Positions 25,971 to 39,400 of a stretch of DNA of 64,000 nucleotides are shown piece after piece. The stretch spans positions 16,926,001 through 16,990,000 of the forward strand of contig CATNEN010000039.1 in assembly GCA_950097015.1 (NCBI GenBank), given 5' to 3'. The DNA is from Macrostomum hystrix (taxonomy: Eukaryota > Animalia > Platyhelminthes). The notes beneath the pieces were generated by a model. That model made no database searches. It saw nothing but the letters and a program-made list of their open reading frames with translations, and was not told the DNA's origin. Position 1 is the stretch's first letter. Each line of letters begins with the position of its first letter. The translations under genes were made by a program, and so were the position numbers.

Positions 25971-26694
25971 CCTTTTGCATGCCGTGGGTTTTATGATAAT
26001 CTAGGACACAGAAAGCATTCTACATGTATGTTGAACTCAATATCACGGCCAACCTGTAAACACCTATGCAGTAATCAGCTGCTTACGAGCGTATCAGAAA
26101 GCATCATCTATTTGTCAATACAGACGACTCAGTTCAAAGTTAAACTTTTGACTGCCTCTTTAAAAAGGCTTTAATGACGCTCAGATAAAATTAGGAGAAA
26201 TTTGAGTTTGAGTACACTTTTTTATCTCATTGCAAACAGTGCAAAAATGGCTATTCACCGGGTTCAATGCGAGCATTATATTACTTTCTACTGTTGACTA
26301 GCGAAAGCTTTGATTACAAGCAAGCCACTACCTGGTATCGTATCATGGTAGATGAAGTTCTGCTAACACTAAGATCAGAATTATATAGTAGATTGTGCAT
26401 TTGTTTGTTGCATGAAGCTGAGCATTATGCGAGTAAATTAATCTGAGACTGCATGATAACGATGCCAATTGAAATATTTTTATTCTGTTCTCCGAAATTT
26501 TCAATGCGCTAATTATTGTAACAGGTGATTCATTGAATGCCCAACACTAACTATTGCCTAATATTTCAGTCGGCCTGTCTGATGAAAAAGCCCAGCATGA
26601 TTGACACATGCGTGACTTCTGCATTCTTTAAAGAAAGAAGCTTGAAAGATAGCTCGCATTGATGAAGAATTCTTGGGGAAAAAAATGGGAAAAA

Positions 26695-26883
26695 ACCTGA
26701 GGGGATTTAAGGAACCATGAGAGAAATTGAGGAACCACGAAGGGATTTCGAGGAACCTGAGGGGATTTAAGGAACCATGAGAGAAATTGAGGAACCACGA
26801 AGGGATTTCGAGGAACCTGAGGGGATTTAAGGAACCATGAGAGAAATTGAGGAACCACGAAGGGATTTCGAGGAACCTGAGGG
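26695..26883. repeat. Three perfect 60-bp tandem copies (each made of three diverged 20-mers)
   Basis: Sequence lines starting at 26701, 26761 and 26821 are identical. Confidence 0.95.
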
Positions 26884-26884
26884 C

Positions 26885-27527
26885 ATCTGGACCTGAGGGG
26901 ATTCTGATGAACTGGACCTGAGGGATCTTGATGAACTGGACCTGAGGGGATCTTGATGAACTGGACCTGAGGGGATCTTGATGAACTGGACCTGAGGGGA
27001 TCTTCATGAACTGGACCTGAGGGGATCTTCATGAACTGGACCTGAGGGGATCTTGATGAACTGGATCTGAGGGGATCTTGACGAACTGGACCTGAGGGAT
27101 CTAGATGAACTGGACCTGAGGGGATCTTTATGAACTGGACCTGAGGGGATCTTTATGAACTGGACCTGAGGGATCTAGATGAACTGGACCTGAGGGGATC
27201 TTTATGAACTGGACCTGAGGGGATCTAGATGAACTGGACCTGAGGGGATCTAGATGAACTGGACCTGAGAGATCTTGATGAACTGGACCTGAGGGGATCT
27301 TTATGAACTGGACCTGAGGGGATCTAGATGAACTGGACCTGAGGGGATCTTTATGAACTGGACCTGAGGGGATCTAGATGAACTGGACCTGAGGGGATCT
27401 TGATGAACTGTACCTGAGGGGATCTTTATGAACTGGACCTGAGGGGATCTTTATGAATTGGTCAAGAGGGGATCTTGATGAACAGGACCTGAGGGGATCT
27501 TCATGAATTGGTCATGAGGGGATCTTG
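26885..27527 (-). repeat. 25-bp minisatellite GAGGGGATCTTGATGAACTGGACCT (right arm, inverted)
   Basis: Reverse complement of the 23427-23870 unit. Confidence 0.95.
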
Positions 27528-28949
27528 GTGTACCAGACTCAGACAGTGACAGATGTTGCTTCTGCCTAAGCGACAGTTTGAAATGGGAATCAACAAGACA
27601 GTTCGCTGTGTGCGAGATGGAGGGTCAACTTCCGGAGGCGAGTTGTCAGGCCCGGAGGTCGTGGGGATCTGCCTGACACTGCCTGAATGCTTCATGGTGT
27701 CAAATTTCTTGTCATTGATTCATTGGCGAGAAGGAGAAAAAAGCGCATTGGTTGGTTGGTCCTGCCGGTCAAACAAAGACTTGTTGGTATATCTTGTTTC
27801 ATAATAGCGGATTTATCTACGCAACAGACGGACTGTATTCTATAGCTTCAGGGGAAATGTCAAACACGCACACTTAGTGCCATAGACACATCGGCTAAAT
27901 CTGGCAAGATATTTTGGAACATTGTAACAAAGACTTAAACAAAGCGAGTCTAGGAGCCTATCAGCTCTGTTCGCTTGTATATTTCGCCGAGTTGATTTCT
28001 GGCGACAGAGAATTCTAATTCCCCAAAGGGCTGCTTTCGTTCTTCCCAGTTTCCCCAATTTATACCTGCAGTAAGCTGTTATTATCTAGTTTTTAAATAA
28101 TCATCATTTAACTCCCCAGAGAGACAGCAGTCTTTGTTCCGCTAGATCTTCTTTAAAATCTTTTAACCGTGACAATCCATTTAATGGAGATGAATTGGCG
28201 ACAGCCCTGATTTGAGTGAGAAAATTGGGTCATTGTTTTGAAAAGTGGTTAGATTTCAGGATTGGAGAAGAGACTGGGAAGATTTTAAGCTAAGAGAAGA
28301 GGAATGGGGAGATTTTGAGAAAGGAAAAGAGGACTGGGGAGACTTTGAAAGTGGGGAAGAGGGATGGGGAGATTTTGAGAAAGGAAAAGATGAGTGGGGA
28401 ATGGCTGAGAATGGGAGATTTCGAGAGAGGGGATTAATGGGAAGATTTTTAATTGGGAAACAGAGGATTTTAGAAATGGGTGAGCTGATTTCAGTTTGTG
28501 AGCAACGTATATTAAATAGATCTTTGATGTTTTATCAAATTAAATAAATTCCATTTGGCTCAAATAACTGATGACCATGCCTTGACCGATTTATTTTAAC
28601 CATGGCCCTGATCGATTTGGGGCGTTATTTAATTGTAAAGCAAAGCCTTTCATTAAAAATAGAAAACAAAGACGTGTTGGGATCGGAATGGAACGGAGAA
28701 TGCTCACATGTTCTCCCCTCAGGGTATCTGTGTGGTTCACGAAGGTGAGTTAATTAACTAAACAGACGCTTCTCAAAGGTGCCAAAACTTTATCTAATCT
28801 TTTTATCTAATACAGCGCGATAGTGTGAAATTTAATTTAACTGTCTATGGGCCTACTGCTGATGATGCAAAAAACTTGGTGTCCATTGCCTCTGGGGAGC
28901 ATTGTGAAAAAAAAGATTGAAAACAAAGCATTTTACTTAACTGGAAATT

Positions 28950-29375
28950 CACTAGAACCCAACAGTAAATCCACTAGATCCCAAACCTTAAATCCACTAG
29001 ATCCCAACTCTAAATCCACTAGATCCCAAAAAGTAAATCCACTAGATCCCAAAAAGTAAATCCACTAGATCCCAAACAGTGAATCCACTAGATCCCAAAC
29101 CTTAAATCCACTAGATCCCAAACCTTAAATCCACTAGATCCCAAACCTTAAATCCACTAGATCCCAAACAGTAAATCCACTAGATCACAAACCTTAAATC
29201 CACTAGATCCCAACTCTAAATCCGCTAGATCCCAAAAAGTAAATCCACTAGATCCCAAAAAGTAAATCCACTAGATCCCAAACAGTAAATCCACTAGATC
29301 CCAAATCTTAAATCCACTAGATCCCAAACAGTAAACCAATGGATTCCAAAACCATGAATTCACTAGATCCCAAAC
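28950..29375. repeat. 23-bp minisatellite AAATCCACTAGATCCCAAAC(AGT/CTT)
   Basis: Tandem units seen directly. Confidence 0.95.
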
Positions 29376-29967
29376 GTTTTGTTTTACCTTTACCAAAAGC
29401 AATCTCAATGTTTTCGCAGAGAGAAATATTTAAAGGGTCCTAATGTTCTATAATTAGCGCAATGTCCTTGATAACACTATTATTTCTGGCAAAGTTTTTG
29501 TCAACAAAAACACAATTGCTTCTTCTTCTGCAAGTTCTCATTGTGGGAATACGAATTGATAAGAATGAGTTTGGTGACTCTGTGAGTCCATGTTTTCTTA
29601 TCGGTGTCGGGTGAGCGTGGGCGGTCAGCTTGGTTGCTATCTGTGGGAAAAAACAAGTCTAATTAGTAAACACAAAAGCCAATTTCACAACCCTCGAAAT
29701 AGGAGCTGTACGAGCGTATAGAGCTGATTTTATTAATGAAATATTGGACCGCCAATTCCTGTTGGCATAGATCCAACCTGTTATTGAACTAATTGTGCTA
29801 AACGGATAAATTTAAATAAAGACCCATGCTTAGACCTATATCGGTGAACTCAAATTTCACACTGAGACAAACGTTTTCTAGGAGCATATTCGGCTGTCTT
29901 TTATCTCCCCGCTCTAGAAATACCCGACATCCTACTCTCACACACTACCTACCTACTCCACTCCCTC

Positions 29968-30285
29968 ATCTCCCTCTCTCCTCTTACTCTCCCTCTCTCC
30001 TCTTACTCTCCCTCTCTCCTCTTACTCTCCCTCTCTCCTCTTACTCTCCCTCTCTCCTCTTACTCTCCCTCTCTCCTCTTACTCTCCCTCTCTCCTCTTA
30101 CTCTCCCTCTCTCCTCTTACTCTCCCTCTCTCCTCTTACTCTCCCTCTCTCCTCTTACTCTCCCTCTCTCCTCTTACTCTCCCTCTCTCCTCTTACTCTC
30201 CCTCTCTCCTCTTACTCTCCCTCTCTCCTCTTACTCTCCCTCTCTCCTCTTACTCTCCCTCTCTCCTCTTACTCTCCCTCTCTCA
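29968..30285. repeat. 19-bp perfect minisatellite CTCTCCCTCTCTCCTCTTA
   Basis: Tandem units seen directly. Confidence 0.95.
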
Positions 30286-30919
30286 TTTTCTCACTCACAA
30301 TTCATCCTACAACACACCATATTTTTTCCAGAGACTAAGCAAAAGTAAAACTCGAACTTTAATAGTCCACGTCAGTTTGTTAATTAATGTTAGGAGCATT
30401 TCCAGAAAATTAATGAGTAAGACTATCTTTAGATGGTATAAAGATTACATTTTCACTTTCGCTTTTGTGTAACTAATGTGCCACTAATAAAGTTGTTCTT
30501 TTTTGTCAGGACGAAACCAAACAAACACACCGAGTGTCCATTTTTAGGTTTCGTTTTGACTTTGTCTTTTTCAAGGAAAAGGGCCGGAAGTACTCGTATA
30601 TATTTGAAAAAACCACTTAGAGACAAAGCGTCACAACTGCACATTGTTAAGGACCAAAAATATAAAAAACAATTCAAGTGGAGAAATAAAACTGATTTGC
30701 TGCTAAGGTGTATATTGGCCTGATCTAAAGCCGGATGTTGTCACATTTTCTCCTAGTGCTTTTGTGATGCTGAAATCAAATGGGGAAAATTGTATTCCTA
30801 CCGCGGATGGGAGAAATTCAAGTTTATAAAATATATAGAAAAACGCATAGTTGGATCAAGGAAATGAAGTTTTTTATTGCAAATTTTTAAATAACAAAGT
30901 CCTTTTAGAGAAGAAATAT

Positions 30920-32120
30920 GGACAGAAGGGGAAGAAAGAACAGAAACAGAAGGGGAAGAAAGAACAGAGACAGAAGGGGGAGAAAGAACAGACAGAAGGG
31001 GAAGAAAGAACAGAGACAGAAAGGGAAGAAAGAACAGAGACAGAAGGGGGAGAAAGAACAGACAGAAGGGGAAGAAAGAACAGAGACAGAAAGGGAAGAA
31101 AGAACAGAGACAGAAGGGGAAGAAAGAACAGAGACAGAAAGAGAAGAAAGAATGAAGACAGAAGGGGAAGAAAGAACAGAAACAGAAGGGGAAGAAAGAA
31201 TGAAGACAGAAGGGGAAGAAAGAACAGAGACAGAAAGAGAAGAAAGAATGAAGACAGAAGGGGAAGAAAGAACAGAGACAGAAGGGGAAGAAAGAACAGA
31301 GACAGAAAGGGAAGAAAGAACAAAACAGAAGAGGAAGAAAGAACAGAGACAGAAAGGGAATAAAGAACAGAGACAGAAAGGGAAGAAAGAACAAAACAGA
31401 AGAGGAAGAAAGAACAGAGACAGAAGGGGAATAAAGAACAGAGACAGAAAGGGAATAAAGAACAGAGACAGAAGGGGAATAAAGAACAGAGACAGAAGTG
31501 GAATAAAGAACAGAGACAGAAAGGGAAGAAAGAACAGAAACAGAAGAGGAAGAAAGAACAGAAACAGAAGAGGAAGAAAGAACAGAAACAGAAGAGGAAG
31601 AAAGAACAGAAACAGAAGAGGAAGAAAGAACAGAAACAGAAGAGGAAGAAAGAACAGAAACAGAAGAGGAAGAAAGAACAGAAACAGAAGAGGAAGAAAG
31701 AACAGAAACAGAAGAGGAAGAAAGAACAGAGACAGAAAGGGAAGAAAGAATGAAGACAGAAGGGGAAGAAAGAACAGAGACAGAAAGGGAAGAAAGAATG
31801 AAGACAGAAGGGGAAGAAAGAACAGAGACAGAAGGGGAAGAAAGAACAGAGACAGAAAGGGAAGAAAGAATGAAGACAGAAGGGGAAGAAAGAACAGAGA
31901 CAGAAGGGGAAGAAAGAACAGAGACAGAAAGAGAAGAAAGAATGAAGACAGAAGGGGAAGAAAGAACAGAAACAGAAGGGGAAGAAAGAATGAAGACAGA
32001 AGGGGAAGAAAGAACAGAGACAGAAGGGGAAGAAAGAACAGAGACAGAAAGGGAAGAAAGAATGAAGACAGAAGGGGAAGAAAGAACAGAGACAGAAAGG
32101 GAAGAAAGAATGAGACAGAT
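30920..32120. repeat. Polypurine minisatellite of about 25 bp (ACAGAAGGGGAAGAAAGAACAGAG)
   Basis: Tandem units; source of spurious R/K/E-rich ORFs. Confidence 0.95.
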
Positions 32121-33139
32121 TGAAAGGGGAATTGAGAAGTGGGATAGAAGACAAGCTCTAAGAACTTTAAAAAATTCTAGATTTTTTAGAAATCGAATAT
32201 TAAATTCGGCAAAAATAATGCGCCTAGATTCAGAAGAAATCGATATAGTAATTATAATACATAGTTTCTGGTTTTAGCATTGGTTAGAAACTTATTATAT
32301 ACTGTTACCCATTTTCGGACAGACTGTGCGTGTCCTAGTTACAGGAGTTAACTATGAGGTGACATTGATATTTTGCCAAAATATGCAAATAGTTGCAGAG
32401 TGCAGCCACAGCAGAAATTTCAGCTATTGTTGTTGCTGTGCAGTGGCTGTCTGCTTTAATTCTGCTCCCGTTGAAAGATAATATAAGACGCGTGGTGGGT
32501 GTTTGTATCATATTTCTTTTCTTATAGCTAAAAGCAAAGTATTCCGCTTTATAAGAGAGAGAATAGAGGAGAAGGGTGAGACTGTTGAAAGGGGAGAGGG
32601 GAGAGTTGAGAGGGGAGAGGGTAGAGAGGAGAGTGGAGCGACAGAGTAGAAAATTAGACTTGTTGTTGAAGAGAAAAATGTAAAGTCAAGAAAGACAAAA
32701 GCGGCAGTCAATTAGGGCAACAAAAATATTAAAATGCAGGAAATTTTTATAAAACAGTTCTCAAGTTTATAGGGCCTATTCATCTCAATTGAATAGGATG
32801 AGTTCGGATATCATTATAGAAGCAACAGAACACCCATCTTACTTATAAGAGGGTATAATTGAAGTCAAGAGTTTTGTGATAGGTGACAGGCAGTGTGACA
32901 GGTGTCATTACCAGCCACTTGGCTTCCAAATCGGCCTTTCTATTGTCATCAACGACATCTCTAAAGCATTGATGAATGAGCTAACAGTGTTTTATCAACA
33001 CAAACAAACTAATGAATTGAAAAATGACATCAGACATTATTGGATCCAATTATACATTTTAGTATAAGGCAAATAAAGAAAGCTATTGACATAATGTTTA
33101 GCAACCTAAGGAAAATTCTAGAAATTGAAAAAGCTAACG

Positions 33140-34745
33140 AAAAATCTGCTGCACATTCAGAAAGCACAATATGAGAATCTGCAGCAGATTCAGAAAGTAC
33201 AATATGAGAATCTGCAGCAAATTCAGAAAGTACAATATGAGAATCTGCGGCAGATTCAGATAGTAAAATATGAGAATCTGCGGCACATTCAGATAGTAAA
33301 ATATAAATATCTGCGGCAGATTCAGATAGTAAAATATGAGAATCTGCGGCAGATTATAGACAACACAATTTGATTTTCTGCGGCAGATTCTGACAGAACA
33401 ATATAAGAATCTGCAGCACATTCAGATAGTAAAATATGAGAATCTGCGGCAGATTCAGATAGTAAAATATGAGAATCTGCAGCAGATTCAGATAGTACAA
33501 TATGAGAATCTGCGGCAGATTCAGATAGTAAAATATGAGAATCTGCGGCAGATTCAGAAAGTACAATATGAGAATCTGCAGCAGATTCAGAAAGTACAAA
33601 ATGAGAATCTGCAGCAGATTCAGAAAGTACAATATGAGAATCTGCATCAGATTCAGAAAGTAAAATATGAGAATCTGCAGCAGATTCAGATAGTACAATA
33701 TGAGAATCTGCGGCAGATTCAGAAAGTACAATATGAGAATCTGCAGCAGATTCAGAAAGTACAATATGAGAATCTGCGGCAGATTCAGATAGTAAAATAT
33801 GAGAATCTGCGGCACATTCAGATAGTAAAATATAAATATCTGCGGCAGATTCAGATAGTAAAATATGAGAATCTGCGGCAGATTATAGACAACACAATTT
33901 GATTTTCTGCGGCAGATTCTGACAGAACAATATAAGAATCTGCAGCACATTCAGATAGTAAAATATGAGAATCTGCGGCAGATTCAGATAGTAAAATATG
34001 AGAATCTGCAGCAGATTCAGATAGTACAATATGAGAATCTGCGGCAGATTCAGATAGTAAAATATGAGAATCTGCGGCAGATTCAGAAAGTACAAAATGA
34101 GAATCTGCAGCAGATTCAGAAAGTACAATATGAGAATCTGCATCAGATTCAGAAAGTAAAATATGAGAATCTGCATCAGATTCAGAAAGTAAAATATGAG
34201 AATCTGCAGCAGATTCAGATAGTACAATATGAGAATCTGCGGCAGATTCAGAAAGTACAATATGAGAATCTGCAGCAGATTCAGAAAGTACAATATGAGA
34301 ATCTGCAGCAGATTCAGAAAGTACAATATGAGAATCTGCAGCAGATTCAGAAAGTACAATATGAGAATCTGCAGCAGATTCAGAAAGTACAATATGAGAA
34401 TCTGCAGCAGATTCAGAAAGTACAATATGAGAATCTGCAGCAGATTCAGAAAGTACAAAATGAGAATCTGCAGCAGATTCAGAAAGTACAATATGAGAAT
34501 CTGCGGCAGATTCAGAAAGTACAATATGAGAATCTGCAGCAGATTCAGAAAGTACAATATGAGAATCTGCAGCAGATTCAGAAAGTACAATATGAGAATC
34601 TGCAGCAGATTCAGAAAGTACAATATGAGAATCTGCAGCAGATTCAGAAAGTAGAATATGAGAATCTGCAGCAGATTCAGAAAGTACAATATGAGAATCT
34701 GCGGCACATTCAGAAAGTACAATATGAGAATCTGCGGCAGATTTT
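33140..34745. repeat. 33-bp minisatellite with a 17-bp palindrome (GAATCTGC-R-GCAGATTC) and a 529-bp higher-order duplication
   Basis: Unit GAGAATCTGCAGCAGATTCAGAAAGTACAATAT; the variant block TTATAGACAACACAATTTGATTTT occurs at 33354 and 33883. Confidence 0.95.
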
Positions 34746-35369
34746 GGGTCGCTGTTTCCGCTTGCTGTTTGTTTTCCAGACTTGTCGGCTAAAAGGTTTA
34801 GTGTTTTTTTCTGTCGTCATTAAAATCTGCTTTATCTCTAGTAGGCGGAAAGAAGTTGTTAGTTGCGCAATTCGCTGTTGATTTGAGCTGAAGAATCACC
34901 TTGAGTATATTCTTGCAAGGGACTCTTTTCCTTCCCCTTTTCGATTAACTGGGCCGAATTCAATCTTCTGCTTAACATCCCGCGATTCGATTCCCACTCA
35001 TCTACATTCTCTTGTGCTCAGGAAAAAATTTGAGCAATTGAAAATTGTTCACCATCAGTAGAGACATTGTTTGGACTGCGGTTAAACACTTGATTGAGCA
35101 GAAAATCTATAGGAATAGGCCATTTAGCATAGCTAGCCTGTCAGAAGTGATCTAAAGCTCCTCTGACAAAGCCTACTGTGGTATGACAACAAATTTGCAT
35201 TCGAGAATTAGAAACAAAGAACAATTATTTGTTGAGTGAAATGAGACGCTGTTTGCTTAATTAAAACTTCTAGAATTGATCGATTCCTGTCCTGTCCTGT
35301 TTTAGGAATTCTAGGGAAGCCAAACTTTTGTTACAGGCCGAAAAGCTGCTGATTAAACGTGTCCTGACC

Positions 35370-36005
35370 CTCCCCTCTCATCTCTCCCCAATTTCATCTC
35401 TCCCCTGTCTCTCCTCTCCTCTGTCTCATACCCTGTCTCACCTTTCCTCTGTCTCATCTCTCCCCTGTCTCATCTCTCCCCAATTTCATCTCTCCCCTGC
35501 CTCGTCTCTCCCCTGTCTTATCTCTCCCCTGTCTCTCCTCTCCTCTGTCTCATCTCTCCCCTGTCTCACCTCTCCTCTGTCTCATCTCTCCCGTCTCACC
35601 TCTCCTCTGTCTCATCTCTATACCCTGTCTCACCTCTCCTCTGTCTCATACCCTGTCTCACCTTTCCTCTGTCTCATCTCTATGCCCTGTCTCATCTCTC
35701 CCCTGCCTCGTCTCTCCCCTGTCTTATCTCTCCCCTGTCTCTCCTCTCTTCTGTCTCATCTCTCCCCTGTCTCACCTCTCCTCTGTCTCATCTCTCCCCT
35801 GTCTCACCTCTCCTCTGTCTCATACCCTGTCTCACCTTTCATCTGTCTTATCTCTATACCCTGTCTCACCTTTCCTCTGTCTCATCTCTATACCTGTCTC
35901 ATCTCTCCCCTGCCTCATCTCTCCCCTGTCTTATCTCTCCTGCCTCACCTCTCCTCTATCTCTATACCCTGTCTCAGACTCTCAACTCTCTTCTGTCTCA
36001 TCTCT
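35370..36005. repeat. 16-bp minisatellite TCTCATCTCTCCCCTG (degenerate)
   Basis: Reverse complement of the family at 1-450 and 47270-47790. Confidence 0.9.
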
Positions 36006-36484
36006 GCCCAAATATGAATGAAATGAAAATATTCGCTAATAAATGTTTTCATTTCTTATTTCTCATTTTCTAACGCCCAGAACTTTTAAATGACTAGAAA
36101 GAAAGGCATTTATTCAATTCAGATTTCTATTTTTACATCGTTTAACACTTGTGCAGGCATTTCAAATCTGTATTTTGTGCTTTATTTAAAAGATGTACAC
36201 TATTCTCAGCTTTTGACTCCGCGTGCACAGATAGAAAATGTTGTACTTAAAAAATGTAATGCTAAACCAAACTATTTACAAGCTACTAAACATGCGTTTA
36301 AAACTAAAATCGCAGAATCTTTTAACAAAGCGCTGTTAATTAAAACAAAGTTTTGCTAAAAAAATATTTTTAAGCAACGAAGTGAAATGTTTTACTGGCG
36401 CAGAAAGATACACTGGAGTCTTTACTGATTCTTCCTTGGTTAAAACCTAGCCAAATAAAAAATCATTATAATAAGATTTTCAGT

Positions 36485-39400
36485 CTATAGGGCTGTTTCT
36501 TGGAAATGTCGACAAGTCGCAGCGGCGGCAGCAGCGGCCGCGGCCGCGGCGGAGGCGGCCAAAAAGGCTGGTGGACTTTCGAAAATGGTCGAACAGAAGG
36601 ACGACTGGCGATATTGCATCGGCGGCGGCGACTGCGGCGGCGACACCGGAGGTTGCGGCGAAGTCGACGGCGACGATGACAACGGCGGCGAACAGGCCGA
36701 CTGGTGGCAGAAGGACTCGGCATGGTCGGTAAAGATTAGACGCGGCGATGAGACGCTGAGGAGTCGAGGCAGCGAGCGGCTGTTGGCAGCCCCATCGGAG
36801 CTGCCGCAGCCTCCGCGAGCCAGGCGGCGACGCTTGCCGCCGACCATGCCGACGGGAGTCGTCGGTGCCGGTCGCGACATCGACATTGTCTTCACCTTCG
36901 AGACTGTCGACATCTCGTCGTCTTCAGTGAGTAGCTGGTCGAAGTTTAATCTAGCCTTAATCTGCTTCTGCTGCTGCTGCTGATCGGCAATGATGTTGTC
37001 ATCGTCGGGAACAACATGCCGGCGCTGCTGCTGCTGGCAGGCGCGGTACACGCGAATGCTGGACAGTGCGCGAATGAGGCGTCTGTCGCGATTGAAAAAC
37101 CGACCGATCGGCGTGCCTCCGACTTCGGCTGGAGAAACGGCTTCGTCTGGGATCTAGATAGGTGGGAAAAGCGAAATTGGGGATTTATAATTTCACACAA
37201 TAGATATTTTTTAATTACAAATATTTCTTTAAACACCTTGTTGCATTTTAACCAGTGGCGCAATCCCGGGTGTGTCTTCGATGCTTTTAACCCCTTCCAA
37301 TTAGTTTTCACCCTTGCAACCTACAAAAAACTTCTCACATCAGATTGCGTAAGGCGCTTTCCTACTTGCACACCAGACGTTAAAATCTCACCTCTGCAAC
37401 GCCCAGTTCGTCCACGCTCATGAGCTTGGCGCAGCTTCGCATGGCGGCCCGGTGAAAGCGCTTCTGAAGAGAATGAGAAGTGGGAGAGGGCGGCGTGATT
37501 TTATGGCCCAATTAGGCATTGCTCACTCACTAAACTGAATTTTAATAGACTAAAAAGCAAGTCTTTGTTGCTCTGCTCACCCTAAATGAGGCGAACTGCT
37601 TCAGCTTGGAGGAGGAGGCGGCGCAGCTGGGAGCTTCCTGACCGACGCAGCCAACCATGCCGAGGCGTTCCATCTCGTTGAGTCGCTTCTCAAGGCGGCG
37701 CTTTTCTCGCGAGTCGGGCAGTCGACGAATGTGGGCGCACAACGACTGCAGCTGGTGCCGGCTGTAAGCCGAAGCCGGCTGGTATAGTCGCGGCTCGGAA
37801 AATCGAACATTCGTGTCAACGACTGTCTCGGCGTTATCGTCGTCGTTGACGGCGGCGTCAGCGAACAGGACAGCGGCGGGAGTGTACGCTGCAGTTGAAC
37901 TCGACGACGACTCCAAGGTCCCGCCAGCCGGGGAGGGTGAAACGTCAGAGGTTGTCACGGAAGACCGGCGGTTCGGTGTGACTTCTTGGTGGTGCTGCTG
38001 CTGCCTGCCTGTGTTGCGAAGAACATCTTCGCCTAGGGATCTGGGAATCTGTTGAGAGTAAAAAAGTGGGCAGTGTAAATTTTTTTACTGAGACTCACAC
38101 TTGCACTTTCAAAGCTCGAATGTACTATTATCAGAGTTCACGAGCACTAAAACCTATGTTAGTGCGCATGTACTTTAATTTAAGTGCGCATGTACTTTAA
38201 TTTGAGTTCGCATGTATTTGAGTTCAAATCAACAGGTCTTCTATACAGCTAAATAACTCACCTCGTCCAAGTGGCAGCAGTTGCTGATTAGGAAGGTAGC
38301 AGCAAGATTCAGGTCGTCAATCTGTTGCCGCTGAGCCGGCGAAGCCAATTCGGACTGCAGACCGGGCTGAAAAACGAAATTATGAAACATATGTTTAGAA
38401 ACTAAGGCCAATCATTAGCAATCTCTGAAAATATTGTTACTGGGGCGTGGGTCACTCACCAGCATATCCAACTGTGGCGAGCCGAACAGTACAGGCCCGA
38501 ACACGGTGCCGAGATTGTCGGCGCCCATGCGGCTGATGGCGCTGGCGGTGGCAACCAGATTCAGCAGGCGCAGCAGCCGACGCAGTAGGGTCAGGCAGCG
38601 CTCGGACAGCAGCTGGGCAAACAGTCGGAGGGCTTTCAGCTGACGACTGCGGGCTAGTTGACAGCGGAGCTGAGCGTCAGAGTCTAGCTGCTGCTGCTGC
38701 TGCTGCTCGGCAGGTGAGGCGGTATCTGGAGAATCAGGTGGGCAAGATTTTTTGTGTAAGATTTATGCAATTAGGTAAGTGAGATTCAATTTTTTTTTCG
38801 ATTCTGGGCCAGCAGACTGGACGGACGCCACACCCACCCTTAATTACCCCCCTGGTACCCATTTAACAGCTGGGTGAACTCCGGAATCGAACCCCCGACC
38901 TTCAAGTCGCGAGTTCGACGCTCTAACTACTTATAGGCAACAACTCCCGCTTCTAAGAAACTCAAGAATGAGCTCAGAATAGAAAATAGGAACTCACCAA
39001 CAATGGCCAGCAGGATCTCGGTCAGTTTGCCACCAATCATTGGCTCGGTCATGTCGCGAATGGCCAGCTTCAGGACGTTGGCCACATCGTGCACAGAGTA
39101 GGGTGATAAATCCACAAGATCAGCAGGGCGGCCTGGCTGCATTAGCTGATGCCTCAGGTCGCGCTGTCTGGCACAGTTGCCAGTTTTGCGAAATATGCCC
39201 TCAGTCTGGTAGCCTGCGGGTTTCCAAGTCGATAATAATCATAAAAATTCAGTCAGTCAGTCAGCAGATTTAGGGAGAAAATAACAGCTGTCCATTTTTT
39301 ATCATCCGATCCTCAAACAGCTCATTTCAAATAATTCACTCACGTTGGTTATCAGCTAGAAAGTCAATCAGCTGGCTGATGCGGTCCACAAATGTCGGAC

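Noticed and set aside
27501-29645. Possible extra gene: short ORFs, a 22-nt micro-exon-like segment at 28723-28744 (+), and minus-strand exon-like blocks
   Set aside because: No recognisable protein and no phase-consistent model could be built; a non-coding transcript cannot be excluded
33140-34745. Palindromic repeats as a CRISPR array
   Set aside because: Spacers are near-identical rather than unique, so this is a minisatellite
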